Of a DNA stretch of 64,000 bases, positions 36,476 through 48,617 are shown one piece after another. The translations under genes were made by a program, and so were the position numbers. The notes under the pieces are model-generated. The model did not search any database, was not told the DNA's origin, and was given only the letters and a program-made list of their open reading frames with translations. The stretch comes from Trichodelitschia bisporula (taxonomy: Eukaryota): positions 434,001-498,000 of the forward strand of contig ML996707.1 of NCBI GenBank assembly GCA_010356995.1. The letters run 5' to 3'. Each line of letters opens with the position of its first letter. Positions within the stretch are counted from its first letter, which is position 1.

Positions 36476-38076
36476 ATGGAGTCCTTAGATACTTGGCCGG
36501 CAGATATGGCTGGCGATACTCCATCAAAGGCTCCGGCCCAGATCGCTGTGGTTGCGGTCCTGGTGGTCCTGACCATGAGCGCTGTCGGTCTGCGGCTCTG
36601 GGTGCGGATCCGCATGATCCGGTCGCTGGGCTGGGATGATATCTTTATGGTTGTAGCATTGGTAAGTTGCGCTGATCACGATGCTTGGGACCAAGGCTGA
36701 CCGGGCTGCAGTTTAACTTCCTTATGTACGACTCTTCATTGATGACCATTGTGCATTACGGCGGCGGCACACACATTACCGATCAATCAGATCTTAGAGC
36801 GGCCACCAGCGTACGTTGAGCTTCACGGGCACTCTACCGTCAAATAACCCCTCGCAGTGGATCCTGGTGGCAGAAACCTTCTACCTCACGACCATTCTCT
36901 TCCTCAAGCTCTCTCTCGGCTTCTTCTTCCTACGCGTCGCCATCAAGAAGTGGCAGCGACGAACCATCATCACCACCATGACAGTATCAACCATCATCCA
37001 TTTCTACCACATCTTCTTCGTCATTTTCATGTGCGGCGACCCGCGCAACTACCTGCAGAACCGCCTCAACCACAAGTGCGTAGGCCGCAATGTCGAAGTC
37101 GCGCTCGCCTACGAGCAAGCAGCCGTCACAACCGCCACAGACTGGATCTTCGCCCTCCTCCCCATCCCCATGCTCTGGAACACAAGCATGGACCTGCGCT
37201 CCAAACTCTCCGTCGGCTTCGTTCTCAGCCTCGGCGCTCTGTAAGTCATCCCACACACCACCTCTTGGTAACGTTTCGCTGACAGGTCTCAGTGGGAGCA
37301 TCTGCTCCATGATCCGTTTCAAGTACATCGAGGGCTTAGGCTCGCATGACGATTTCTTCTGTAAGCCCCATAATAACCCCTCTTAATACCCCACACCCCG
37401 CTAATGGCGCTCAGGGTCCGCGGCCAACGTCTCCACCTGGTCCATCCTCGAAATGGGCACGGGCATCATCGCCGGCTGCCTCGCCACCATGCGCCCCCTC
37501 TTCAAGCGCTTCATGTACCGCGCCGCGCAACTCACCTCCCGCACCAACGGGACCTCGTCACGCTCCTGGCTGCGCTCGCACCGCAAACATCCCTCCCGCA
37601 CGAACGGGTCCGGCTGGGCCTACTCCACGAATTCGACCTTTACGACGACGTGCGTCGGCGGCAAGGACGTCGAACTCGGGTCCCCCGGCGACGAGTTGCA
37701 CAGCGTATTTAGGGAAGAGAAGGATCGCCGGAGGTTTCCGGCTGAGGTGTGGAGCGCAGACCCCGAGCGCGCGGTTATTTGGCCCTACTCCAACCACGCC
37801 GGTCCGCGCAGTGTGTCGCCGGCTGTCGAGGGCGCGATTAGTATCTCCAAGGTTGTGGATGTGGAGGTCAGTGTGGTTGGGCCGGACGATTTGTGGCCCG
37901 TGGTGCGGGGAATTCAGAGGCCAGAGAGGGCGAAGAGTCCGCCCCAGATGAGTGGGGATGTGCCCGAGTGGGAGCGGATGCCGGATTTGGTGACGCCGGA
38001 GGAGAGGGGGCATGGGAGGAAGGGGAGTGGAGGGAGCAGTAAGAGTCGTGGGGGGAGTCCGGTCAGGATCAACTAG
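36476..38076 (+). CDS. Pth11-like (fungal rhodopsin-domain) multi-pass membrane protein, no CFEM domain
   Basis: LRLWVRIRMIRSLGWDD, LKLSLGFFFLR, TDWIFALLPIPMLW, SICSMIRFKY, WSILEMGTGIIAGCLATMRPLF; four short introns. Confidence 0.85.
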
Positions 38077-38656
38077 TTCTAGGTGCTTTGGGGGGTTTGG
38101 AAATGCTTTAGCGGGCGTTTTGGGGAAGGTTTAGGGAAGTTGGCTACGATTTAGATGGCGTGTTTTTCGGTGTTTTGAGGGCGTCGATGCGCGCTTGCAT
38201 GGAGCATGGAGGTGGGGAGTCGGGTTTGAGCTGGCGCGTTGAGGTTCGGATACCCCAGGCCATGGTTACGGTTATGAAGATACGTAGAACGGACGGCGGC
38301 AGTAGTCGTGCGCTCCAGTCTAATGAGCACGCGATGCTTCATCTCACACATCACCACTGCTCTGCTCTAATGGCGCATAGACTTGACACGTCTAATGGCT
38401 ACAGTGTAAAGTGAAAAGTTTGATAAAAGGCAAAGAGAAGATGAGAGTCAAGAGACGCTCGAGACTCGCGTAAATACACGATGCAGCAAATGTCTCTCTA
38501 TGGTCCTTCCTCCCATCATGCGCGCATTACATCATGTTCGACCTGTTCCTTCCAGACACAACAATGCTCCTGCCTCACGTCTACCTCACGCTCCCACGTG
38601 GAGCTCCCCTCTTCCTCACCCTTCCGGCCCAGCCGAAAGACGTGACGAAAAAAGAA

Positions 38657-38848
38657 TTCGCGTCCGACCCAGGTAGTGTAATAGGATCGACACGGTGCTG
38701 CGGGACATGCGCTCGCGCAGCGGTTCCCGCAGCGGGGTTCAAAAATAGATAACGGTTGAAAGACGTCCGAGTTGAACGCCGCTTCAGCGGTTAAACTGAG
38801 CAGAACAGATACTACACTTGATCTAAGCCATGAGGCAAAGAGAGCTGG
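38657..38848 (-). ncRNA. U2: U2 spliceosomal snRNA (sequence variant)
   Basis: Minus strand reads CCAGCTCTCTTTGCCTCATGGCTTAGATCAAGTGTAGTATCTGTTC; branch-point recognition GTAGTA (38815-38810); stem IIa TCAG/CTGA; Sm site ATTTTTG (38746-38740); stem III GCTGCGGGA/TCCCGCAGC; stem-loop IV; ~190 nt. Ends approximate. Confidence 0.93.
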
Positions 38849-38878
38849 GGAATGAAAGAAATGGGGGAGGTGGGCGGG

Positions 38879-38886
38879 TTTATATA
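38879..38886 (-). promoter_or_regulatory. TATA box of the U2 snRNA gene
   Basis: TATATAAA on the minus strand ~30 bp upstream of the U2 5' end. Confidence 0.7.
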
Positions 38887-39177
38887 GGGTGGGGGTGGGG
38901 GCTGCCTGGTAGGCTGTAGTGACTCAGCGAATCCTTCGGTTCGGTGGGAGGATTTGTGGTATGGAAGTATGATCCCTCCAGAAACCTGTGGGAGTTTAGG
39001 TCATGGATGGAATTGTGGCCTAGTAGGATTCGGAGGGGTTTATATGCCGTGTGGCTCAGTCACCATCCCATGGCGCTGCCAGCTGTAGAGCTAGAACATG
39101 TTACCGGCTTCACCAGCCTTATCATTTTCCCAAGTAGTTCCAAATAGCGTATATCATCCGAGTCCAGTCATCAGTCA

Positions 39178-41207
39178 TTATTCCAGTTTTCCCACAGGCC
39201 TCGTACCAGTGACCTCCCCTTCACCAACTCCCTCCCCAGCCTCAGCAACAATCCCCCTCGCCGCCATCTCTGTCCCCTTCCCCAACGGCTGCGCGCCATA
39301 CCACGCAATAGCCGCCATCCCCAGGAAGGCACTGATGATGCTAAACACCAGTGCCACAATCCCACGCGCCGTGAACCCCGCTGGCAGCGGCTTGGGACTC
39401 ACGTTCGCGCCCTTAAGGTCGAGGAAGTCCTTCTCATTGCCAGCGGCGTTGCCCTTGAAGGGCTGCTTCGCCGCGCGGCAGGCTGCGTAGTGGTCCTCGG
39501 GGATCGTAAGCGAGGATTGTAGCTCGAGGGGCGATTCGATCATCGTTGCGATTAGGCCGGAGGCGGTGTGCCTAAGGTGATGGGTTAGTTAAGCCGAGCA
39601 AAGGCCCGTGGGGACATACCATTCAATGTGGCAGTGGAACAGCCAGATCCCAGGATTATCTGCGCGGAAGCGCAAGACGAAGTTCCCATTCGGCCGCACG
39701 AGGATGGTGTCACGGCGCATGGGGACGGAGGGAAAAGCCGCCTCAATCGAGGCGTTGGCGACGAAGGGGCCGGCTTCGTCGGCCGAGCGGGATACGACTT
39801 GGAAGTTGTGCCCGTGGAGATGGAAGGGGTGTTTGCCGGGGTCGTTGTTGTTGACAACGATGTCGACGATGTCGTCCTTTTTCAGGATGAAGGCGTTGGT
39901 GTTGACGCCGTAGACGGCGGGGTTGGTGGCTAGGTCGCCGGTGGTGAGGGCGGTGTAGATGGTTGGCACTTTGGGGACTACATAGGTGATGTCGTTGAAG
40001 AAGGCGCTGGGGGGTTAGTGAGGCTTGAGGTGGGATGCTTGACGTACTAGTTGGCACCGTCGCCCAGGTTGTCCATTTTCAGGTCCAGGGTCACGGTGTA
40101 GTCGGCTTTGTCGAGCAGTTTCTCGCCGTCCTGCGGTACGAGTCCGAAGTCGTCGAATGGCTCAAAGGCGTCCAGAGGCTGCGCCTTCGGGAGCTCCTTC
40201 GCGCCATCGTACACTAGCCACCCGGTCACGTTCGGGTTCAAGCCGTCCGGAACAGCATCGAAAAGATCCTGGTCCATACTGCCCTGGATGGCAAAGTTGG
40301 CACCAGTTTCGTTCTTCGCCGTCACCAAGACGCTGTAACGCTGCGCTGCTGTTAGATACAGCATGCTTGCTTCCGCTGGTTCAGTATATACGCCGTCAAC
40401 TTCGACGACGCGCATGGTATGGCCCTCAATCCAGAAATACTGAGCGGCGAAGGCGGCCATGTTGATGATGCGGAACATATACGTCTTTCCCGGCTGAACG
40501 TGGATCTGCAGGTTCTGCGTGTCGTTCATCAAGGCTGCGTCCGGGACTGGCTCGGCACCTGTGGGGTTCGCGAAGCTGATGAAGCGGCTCATGAGCGTCG
40601 TTGACACCATCTGATGGTACCAATCACTGAGAGGTAGCACGATTTCTTCATCGTACTGGTCCTTGAAGGGCATGTCCGGGTCGTGGACGATGAACGGCCC
40701 GCGCAGGCCTTCTGGGTACTGCGCCTTGACATGGCTGTGGTACCTACGAGGGTTAGGTGCGGACCTCCAGCATTCATGGCTCTTACCAGTAGGTGCCTGG
40801 TTGATCAACCTAGCAGAATCAGTACCGGTGCGCTATACAAGACAAGCCGTGGAGCTTACAGTGAAGTTATAAGTGAAGGAACTTCCGGGCGGGATCGAGC
40901 ACTGCGTCACGCCGGCCGCACCGTCCATCTCCGTTTGACCGCGGAGGAAGATACCATGAAAATGCAAAGCGGTCGAAACGTTTCCCAGTCCATTAAAGAC
41001 ATTGATGACGACGCGGTCGCCCTTGTTTACCTCGATTTTTGGGATGGGCCATTGGTTGTTTATGCCAATAACCGATCGGTTGAAAGCGCCATCTGGGTTA
41101 CCATAGGCCCAGGTGATATTGAAATCCTTAGTGACCGTTGCCGCTTCGATAAATGGGAACAGGTGCAAGCCTGCTATTATGAGGAAGTTGAACAAAGACA
41201 AAGCCAT
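39178..41207 (-). CDS. FET3: Multicopper ferroxidase of reductive iron assimilation
   Basis: Signal peptide; Cu motifs LHFHG, GTYWYHSH (via a 23-nt exon 40809-40787), [18 protein letters not shown]; Fet3 iron-site motifs [10 protein letters not shown] and NNNDPGKH; C-terminal [25 protein letters not shown]. Confidence 0.95.
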
Positions 41208-41270
41208 TTTTGCTGGATGTCTTTTGCTCCTTGCGAGAACAAAAGCCTGACGGGTCCGCGCCGTAAGTAA

Positions 41271-42417
41271 ATCAGATAAACCGCCAAGGGAGCCGTAGAA
41301 GCGCCAGAACAAGCAGCAAGGCTTTAGTCTCGCAGATTGATAAGATGGGGAGCCCTGCAGATGCACCCTCGAGGATCAGATAAGTCAGGCGACCGGAGCC
41401 ACAATAATCGTAGCGCAGGATGCCGATTCCGGACCGCGTTCACGGCCTGCAGAAGATCAGATAATCGACGAATAGCCGGGGGGTACAGCGTTAGCGTCAC
41501 GGCCGTGCGATGCGGCCGGCCAATGGAGCCGGAAATGGCGCGGCGGGCTATGGGTAAGTGGCGGGCTCGACGACTTGCAGCTTTGGGCGTCAGACCGGTT
41601 GTCTTGGAAAGTTCAGTGAAAAGCTTAAGGGAAAGAAGCCCAGCGCGAGTGTTGATCCAAGAATGCTTCTGTAGACTGCAGGCCGTGGCAGCTGATGAGC
41701 GCCAGTTCTGTTGTGTCCTCTTTGTAATTCTCTTCGGTCGGGTTATTTTGATATTGGCGGGATCAGATAAGGCCTTCGAGGAATTTTCGCATCGGCTAAA
41801 GTTCCTCCAATGGAAAGATTGGTGTGGGTGAATTTGGTAGTCAATGGCGTGAGATGTTCTTGCCTCAGCCGCAGGGTTTTGATGCTGTCCGTCAGCCGGG
41901 GGCGGGATATGTGGTGGGAAGAAGGCGCAAAATCCCGAATACCCGGAGTGGAACGACACTTCCGAATGTCGAGAGACGAGCAAATGCATCAGCGACCAAT
42001 GGAGACTTATGCAAAGTCTGAGAAGCGAGGAAGGCGGCAAGCAAAAACAAAGGCGGGGTCGAGATACAGGCGCTTCCATGACTGAAGATATTACCCAAGC
42101 TTCTTGGACCAGAATATGAGCCGAAGCGCTCAAAGCGATTTGCAGGACGGCCAGTCGTCGATCCAAAGCTTCGCCTGATAGGACGTAGGGTGAAGACTGC
42201 CGGCACTCATCTCGGGTGCAAAGCCGTGGAAGTGTGCCAGTCAAGCCTCACCTCGGCCGAGTCGGAATGGTGCGCAAGGAAGGACCAGGACGCGCCTTAT
42301 TGCACCTGGTCCAAGTCGGGTTGAAGTGTCATGCAGGTCGATCCTCGCCATTCGCAGCGTTTGACGTGGGTTTAAGGTTATCTGATTCCCACCTCGTTCG
42401 CCCTCGCTTTATCTGAT
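41271..42417. promoter_or_regulatory. Bidirectional iron-regulated promoter with six exact ATCAGATAA (SreA/Sre1/Urbs1-type GATA) sites
   Basis: ATCAGATAA on + at 41271, 41375, 41456, 41762; TTATCTGAT at 42378 and 42409. These match the ATCWGATAA consensus of fungal iron-repressive GATA factors. Confidence 0.85.
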
Positions 42418-42484
42418 TTCCTCACCATCGCCCACCCCTCCGCTTCCTACAACAAGGCGCCCTACTGGCGTATCCACAGCAATT

Positions 42485-43809
42485 ATGGTAAACGTTTTTG
42501 CTGTTCCAGGTAGTCAAAATACTTGCTGTTTTCCAGCCATGAACTGATCACATCAGTGTTTTTCATCTGTTTTCGAGAGTGCCTTGAAACAAGCATCATC
42601 GTGTCCGTGCTGCTCTCGTTCTTGAAGCAGACCCTAGGACCCCAGCACGATGAGAAGGTCTACAAGAAACTCGTCAGACAGGTAAAATTCCCACCGAACC
42701 TACAGTCGTCCTGTGTTTGACGAACAATTTCGCGCAGGTCTGGTTAGGCGTTGGTCTGGGCCTGGTGATATGCTTGATCGTTGGCGCGGGCATGATCGGG
42801 GCCTTCTACGGCATCGGCAAGAACTACTTCGCCCTGACCGAGGACCTATGGGAGGGCATTTTCGCCCTCTTCGCCTCGCTCATCATTACGCTGATGGGCG
42901 CTGCCCTCCTGCGCGTGTCCAAGCTACAGGATAAATGGCGCGTCAAGATCGCCAAAGCCATCGAGGCCAAGGATACAGCAACGGGAGTGAAGCTGAGCCA
43001 TCGTATCAGGCGGTGGACCGAAAAGTACGCCATGTTCGTGCTGCCCTTCATCACGGTGTTACGTGAAGGCCTCGAGGCTATTGTCTTCATCGGCGGCGTC
43101 GGCTTGGGTATGCCTGCCAGTGCGTTTCCGCTCGCCGTTATCTGCGGGCTGCTTGCCGGGGTGGTCGCCGGCTACCTCATCTACAGGTATGGCCTTTGGG
43201 TTCTGCTGCAGGTCATTATGACTGACGATGGTTAGGGGAGGGAATCATGCATCGCTGCAGATCTTTCTCATCATTTCGACCTGCTTCCTCTACCTCGTTG
43301 CCGCCGGGCTCTTTTCCAAGTCCATCTGGTACTTGCAGAACAGAGAAGTGGGTTATCAGTTTGCATAACGAGTCTCTTGCTGACTCCAAGAAGTGGAACA
43401 AGATTGTCGGCGGTGATGCTGCTGAGGTCGGCACCGGACCTGGCTCGTACGACATCCGGAGAAGCGTGTGGCACGTCAATGTAAGTTTTCTCCCGGCCTT
43501 CAGCGACTCTGCTGACTCTTAAAGTGCTGCGGTCCTGAAATCGGCGGCGGAGGCGGATGGGGCGTATTCAACTCGCTCTTTGGCTGGCAAAATTCGGCGA
43601 CGTATGGATCCGTCATCTCGTACAATGTGTACTGGCTTGCCGTGATCGTGGGCTTCCTCGCTCTCGGGTTCAACGAGAAGTATGGACACTGGCCATTCTT
43701 GAAGGCCAAGGCAGGCACGGCGGACGACAGCAGCTCGGATACCACTCCTCCAATCCACTATTCGGACAAGGGCGAGGCTACTGAGGGTACTGTGAGAGAG
43801 GTGCGATGA
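42485..43809 (+). CDS. FTR1: High-affinity iron permease
   Basis: [25 protein letters not shown]; second REXXE motif [50 protein letters not shown]; five short introns; divergent from FET3. Confidence 0.96.
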
Positions 43810-44373
43810 TGAGGAGCATCGATGTCAGGAGGGCGTTTCCAAATGGCCTGAAATGGCATGAAGTTTCAGCCTGATTGCTCAGCCTTGTTGTCTTCTGATA
43901 TCCACACTTACCATCGCTCGTGCCGCTCAGGGAAGCGGCATCTACCTTGAATCAGCCTCTTTATTTCGCGATTAAGCGCGTGTCAATTGCTTTCTCTCAG
44001 CATCACATATTGAGAGTGTGCCTTGGGATGAATATTCATCCAGGCGATCCGTACACATGTATCATCTTTGGTGGTAAGAGGTCATGGCTGCACGCCATTA
44101 ATTTTGAAGTGGGGCTGTGTTGGGCCTGATGGGGGTTACAATTTTCGTTGCCACTTCCTCTACCAACTTTTGGTGTGGTTTTGGGGCAACTACTTTTGTC
44201 ATCTACCCCATGTGCCGGGCACAGCCACCTACGACGCCACAAGTGAGATCACCGCCCGAGACATCGCCCGAACTTCTCACCTTACTCGCACACACATCTC
44301 TCTCCTCCAACATACCTTCGTCCATCACACCGACCCGTAAGCCATCAGCCTCCGCACAACACCCTCTATCATA

Positions 44374-45888
44374 ATGTCGCCCACAGACATCATCATGTCG
44401 ACCACTGAGCGCTCCCCCTCTCCCCCCTCCGCGAGCTTCATCACCCCCATCGCCCTAGCAGGCAACCTCCTCCTGACCATCAGCACCACCCGTCCTCAGC
44501 TCTTCTCACGCACTTATCGCGTCTCCACCACCGCCCTAACATCTGCCTCGCCCTTCTTTGCCGCACTCCTCCACCCCTCCAAATTCGCCGAAGGCCGCAC
44601 CGTCGCCGAGATTCTAGCCAATCTCCCTTCTTCTCTCGGCGACATGGACTTGGCCCAGCTTCCGCGCGTGCACGTTGAGGACGTGGGCCGGATATCGGCC
44701 GTGAACGATGTGGGTGCGTTGATCGGAGACTTTCTGCGTATCATGCACGGCGAGGAGCTTGACAAGCCGACGATGCCGGTGGCCAATCTCGCGAATCTGG
44801 TTGCCGTGGCAGATCGGTTTGAGGCGCTGGACGCGCTGCGCGAGTGGGCAGAGCGGCGGAAGGTGGTGGAATCGATGGAGCGGCGACAGGTGGTGAAAGC
44901 GGCGCATACGAAGTCGGCAAGGGGGAAGGCGGGACCGGAGACGCTGAGTGAGGAGCGGCTGCGGCAGAGGGTTTTGGCTGGCCTGACGCTGGGGTACTCG
45001 CCGTGGGTGGGCACATACAGCAAACAGTTGATATTGGGGCCTATGACGCGGAGAGAGCGCGAGGCCGAGAATGAGGAGGCGGCGTTGTGGTGGGATTTGC
45101 CGAGTGGAATAGAAGGTCGGTTATTCACTTGTCAGGGCTGAGAGAGGGAGGTGTAGAAGCGGGCAAGGCGCTGTGCTGTTGGACAGCTGGATTTCCTACT
45201 ACTCATATGGCGCAAAGCGAGCCTCTAACACGGGCCAGACGAAATACACGTCCGCCGCACCTACATTCTCGACACTCTCGCATCGATTCAATCCTACTTC
45301 CTCAAACGTTACATGTCGGGCGAGCGTCAGTGCCGACTAGGCTACGACACCTCGGCGGCCTGCGACTCCTTCCAGCTCGGAGAAATGGTGCGCTTCTTCG
45401 GCCGCACAGGGCTGCTCCGAATGTCAAGTACATTGCTGAGCGCCTCGGATGCCGACTCGGATGCGGGAGGCACGGAATATACGGGCAGTATATCCGCCAT
45501 CATCGAACAGCTCAAACAGTGCCCGGGCTATCAAATAGATCCGAACCACAAATATTGCGGGCTGCGCTCGAAGCTGTCGCCCTTGCTCTCGACTTTTGCT
45601 TCGATGTTTAAGCCTAACTATCGCGCTGGCAACGTGGGTATCTGTGGTGACTGTTGGGAGAAGTACCGCCAGCGGTATGCGTGGGGTAGGGCCAAGCGGC
45701 CGGTTACATGGGCCATGGAGACGGCAAACGACGGGGAACGGAAGGGTTATGGCTATGATTACGGTGAAACGTCATGTCTGAATGGTCACTTGCCGGCGCG
45801 GGATATGTTCATGGCGGCGATACGGGATTGGACTGATGTTGAGCTCGCACAAACAGGGTGGAGTACGACACCGTTTCTTAGGGTGTGA
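44374..45888 (+). CDS. Fungal BTB/POZ-like domain protein
   Basis: IALAGNLLLTI...YRVSTTALTSASPFFAALL, LANLVAVADRF; intron 45116-45238; C-terminal QCRLGYDTSAACDSFQLGEM and HKYCG. Confidence 0.7.
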
Positions 45889-46837
45889 TGGGAGATGCTT
45901 GGGATGTTAGAGCTGTCTGGAGCTGCTACTCCTTGCTTTACTTTCTCTCAGTGAGTTATACCCTTGGGTTCGGTTAGGCGCGGTTAGAGCAGGGGGCTCC
46001 TGCGAGGCATACAGGCGTTCAGGCATTGTTGAGGCAGTGAGGCACTTCAGAATCCGCTGAAACGACGCGATAGAGGAATTCAGGAGCAATAAAGCCATAC
46101 GCGCCTGATCTAACTCAGAGGATGCCATCATGAGGTGATCGTTGTGGTGCAAAATGATGCCCATAAGGCTGTGCAGGAGGCGCAGTTTGTAGAGAATGAC
46201 TGCGAACAGGCTGAGTCGGATATTTCGATTGGCTTTGATTGGCTGGTTGCAGCTCAGCCACCTTGTGCAGAGTTTAAAGATGCCTGACTTTGCTTAATGT
46301 TGCCTGACCTTGTTGGTGGCTCCGCGTTCAAGCAATCTGGTTCAATGCCACACCCGCTGCATGAGTATACCGGAGACTTCTCCGCACGCACATACCGATG
46401 CAAGGCGGCTGGAGTATCAGCCGGAGGCAATTTGAGGCCCTTTACCTTAACCACCTGGCGTAGATCGTGAGCTCACCTGAATGCGCCGCTGGGGGCGAAA
46501 TGAACGGCGAGGCAGACTGATGGGCAACTTCGCCTTCATCAGGAGTCATGATGGAAGCTGAATGCTGAAACTGTAATATCTAGTTGTGTATAAGAACAAC
46601 GCGTCCTCCACGAGGGAGTGGAATGCTAAACACTAGCTCACCAGTGAACAAAGGACACTTCATACCGATCCGCGTCACCAGCCTTGGTCACCGAACGACA
46701 GAAGCTGCTACCCAACCACTTGGCCTCCCCAACCACCAACTAATAACATGGCTTCCTTCTCACTCATCACTCCCTCTCCCACCATCTGCTTTACCTCCCC
46801 CTCATCAACCCGACCATCCGCCCCCAGACAGAACACC

Positions 46838-47827
46838 ATGTTGCGCTCCCTAAAGGATAGTTTCACCCGCCGCAACTCATCAAAGGGCGACTCTTTCCTG
46901 CGAAAGAATTCAGACACTCCAAACCCCGCCACCAAGCCGACACGCCGGCCAGGTACGTCCAACGCAGCGAGCTCGCACTCAAACACAGCTAACCCACCAG
47001 ACCGCCCAAACATGAACGCCTTCACAACCCCCACCAATGAACCCCCGCCCGCCTACACCCCGGCGGCAGCTCCCTTCCCCGGCAGCATCGCCCCCGCAAT
47101 GAACCCCGCCCCCGGCGCCTTGGCATCAAACCCCGCATCCACCACCGAAGACGATCGCTACGCCTTCCTCTCCACCTTCGACACCGTCTTCCTAATCGAC
47201 GACTCGGGGTCCATGGCCGGGCGCAGCTGGCGCGAAACCGCGCGCGCGCTCGAAATGATCACACCGGTGTGCGTCGAGCACGACGCCGACGGCATCGATT
47301 TGTACTTCCTGAATGCGCCGGACACGCCCTGGTACCGCAATGTGTCCGCGGCGTCTACGATACGGGAGATTTTCAGCTCCGTGCGGCCGCGCGGGGGGAC
47401 GCCGACGGGACAGCGCCTGAATGCGATTCTGCGCCCGTATTTGGCGCGGTATGCGGCGGATCCCGAGCGCACGAAGCCGTTGAACATTATTGTCATCACC
47501 GATGGCGAGCCGAGTGACGACGTTGAGAGCCCGCTGATTGCGGCGGCGAAGAAACTGGACCGTCTCGAGGCGCCGGCGTGGCAGGTTGGTGTGCAGTTTT
47601 TCCAGGTTGGGAATGAGCCTGGGGCGCGCGAGCATTTGAGGCAGTTGGATGATGATCTTGGGGAGCTTGCGGGCGATGACGATCTGAGGGATATGGTGGA
47701 TACGGTGCCGTATGCTGAGGGGATGGAGCTCAATGCGGAGCATATACTTAAGGTGCTCCTGGGGTCGGTGGTTAGGCGGTGGGATCGCAAGCGCTCGGCG
47801 GAGTTTCAGCGGACGCGGAGATCGTGA
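46838..47827 (+). CDS. von Willebrand factor type A domain protein
   Basis: MIDAS DDSGS (FDTVFLIDDSGSM), GGTPTG, IIVITDGEPSDD, VGVQFFQVG; disordered N-terminus with PPPAY. An upstream in-frame ATG at 46748 is possible. Confidence 0.88.
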   Translation: MLRSLKDSFTRRNSSKGDSFLRKNSDTPNPATKPTRRPGTSNAASSHSNTANPPDRPNMNAFTTPTNEPPPAYTPAAAPFPGSIAPAMNPAPGALASNPASTTEDDRYAFLSTFDTVFLIDDSGSMAGRSWRETARALEMITPVCVEHDADGIDLYFLNAPDTPWYRNVSAASTIREIFSSVRPRGGTPTGQRLNAILRPYLARYAADPERTKPLNIIVITDGEPSDDVESPLIAAAKKLDRLEAPAWQVGVQFFQVGNEPGAREHLRQLDDDLGELAGDDDLRDMVDTVPYAEGMELNAEHILKVLLGSVVRRWDRKRSAEFQRTRRS

Positions 47828-47986
47828 GTGGTTTCCGCAGATTGAGGTGTCCCCTAGTCTTTTTTATTCGGCGTTGTGGGACGGTTGAGAGGCGTAACGG
47901 ACAGGTCGCTATTGGCACGGTAGAGGTTTCCTCCTCCCTGGAGGACATCACTTGCGGTTCCTATACGGTTATCATTCTTTTCCTTG

Positions 47987-48285
47987 TCGAGCTTTCTCGT
48001 TGGCCCGAAACCCTAAAACAGCCCGATAGATAGAGCATCACAGCTATTCGATGCTTAGGCAGTTAAATTTCCATTCCTTGACGAGCATTCTCTCTGATCC
48101 GAAAGCTTAGACGAAAACACGATAGACTGAACAGTGCAAGCATCCGATGCTCAAGCAGTTCAAATTTCATTCTTCAAATTTCATTCTTCAACGAGCTTTC
48201 TGTCTGACCCGAATGCTTGGACTAAAGCACGATAGACGGAACGCACAAGCATTCGATATTTGGACATTTGAATATCATGCCTCGA
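47987..48285. repeat. Diverged ~95-110 bp tandem repeat, 3 copies
   Basis: Units start at 47987, 48081 and 48191 (CGAGCWTTCT...CCGAA...CGATAGA...GC(T)ATYCGAT...CAT); copy 2 has an internal CAAATTTCATTCTT duplication. Confidence 0.8.
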
Positions 48286-48617
48286 CAAGGCACGCAACCC
48301 AGCCCACCAGCTCACCCTCGTTGGGTCCTAACCGCAAAACACTCGAAAAGTCATGCCCTTCCTGCTTGTGTGCTTTGAGGGCGAGGCAGGCCACAACCTT
48401 CTCGAGCGACCACTGGACAGGACCCAACCCTGCTGGCCCAATCCCACTCGGTAATGATAGACACCTAACCCGCCCGGGTATATTCTAACCAATGACAGTA
48501 ATGACAGACACGCTAGCCCGCTGGCTATTTACATCTCAGGAAGGACGGTTTCTGATAACCACCAACCCACCAACCCATCATTGCTTCCAATACTGCCCAA
48601 TCCGCTTATTCAACGCC

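Noticed and set aside
41324..42244. 306-aa ORF in the FET3/FTR1 intergenic region
   Set aside because: Non-ATG start, no recognisable protein features, and it overlies the GATA-site promoter.
46838..47827. vWA gene as a partner of the GHKL-HET protein
   Set aside because: 27 kb away with many unrelated genes between; no evidence of linkage.
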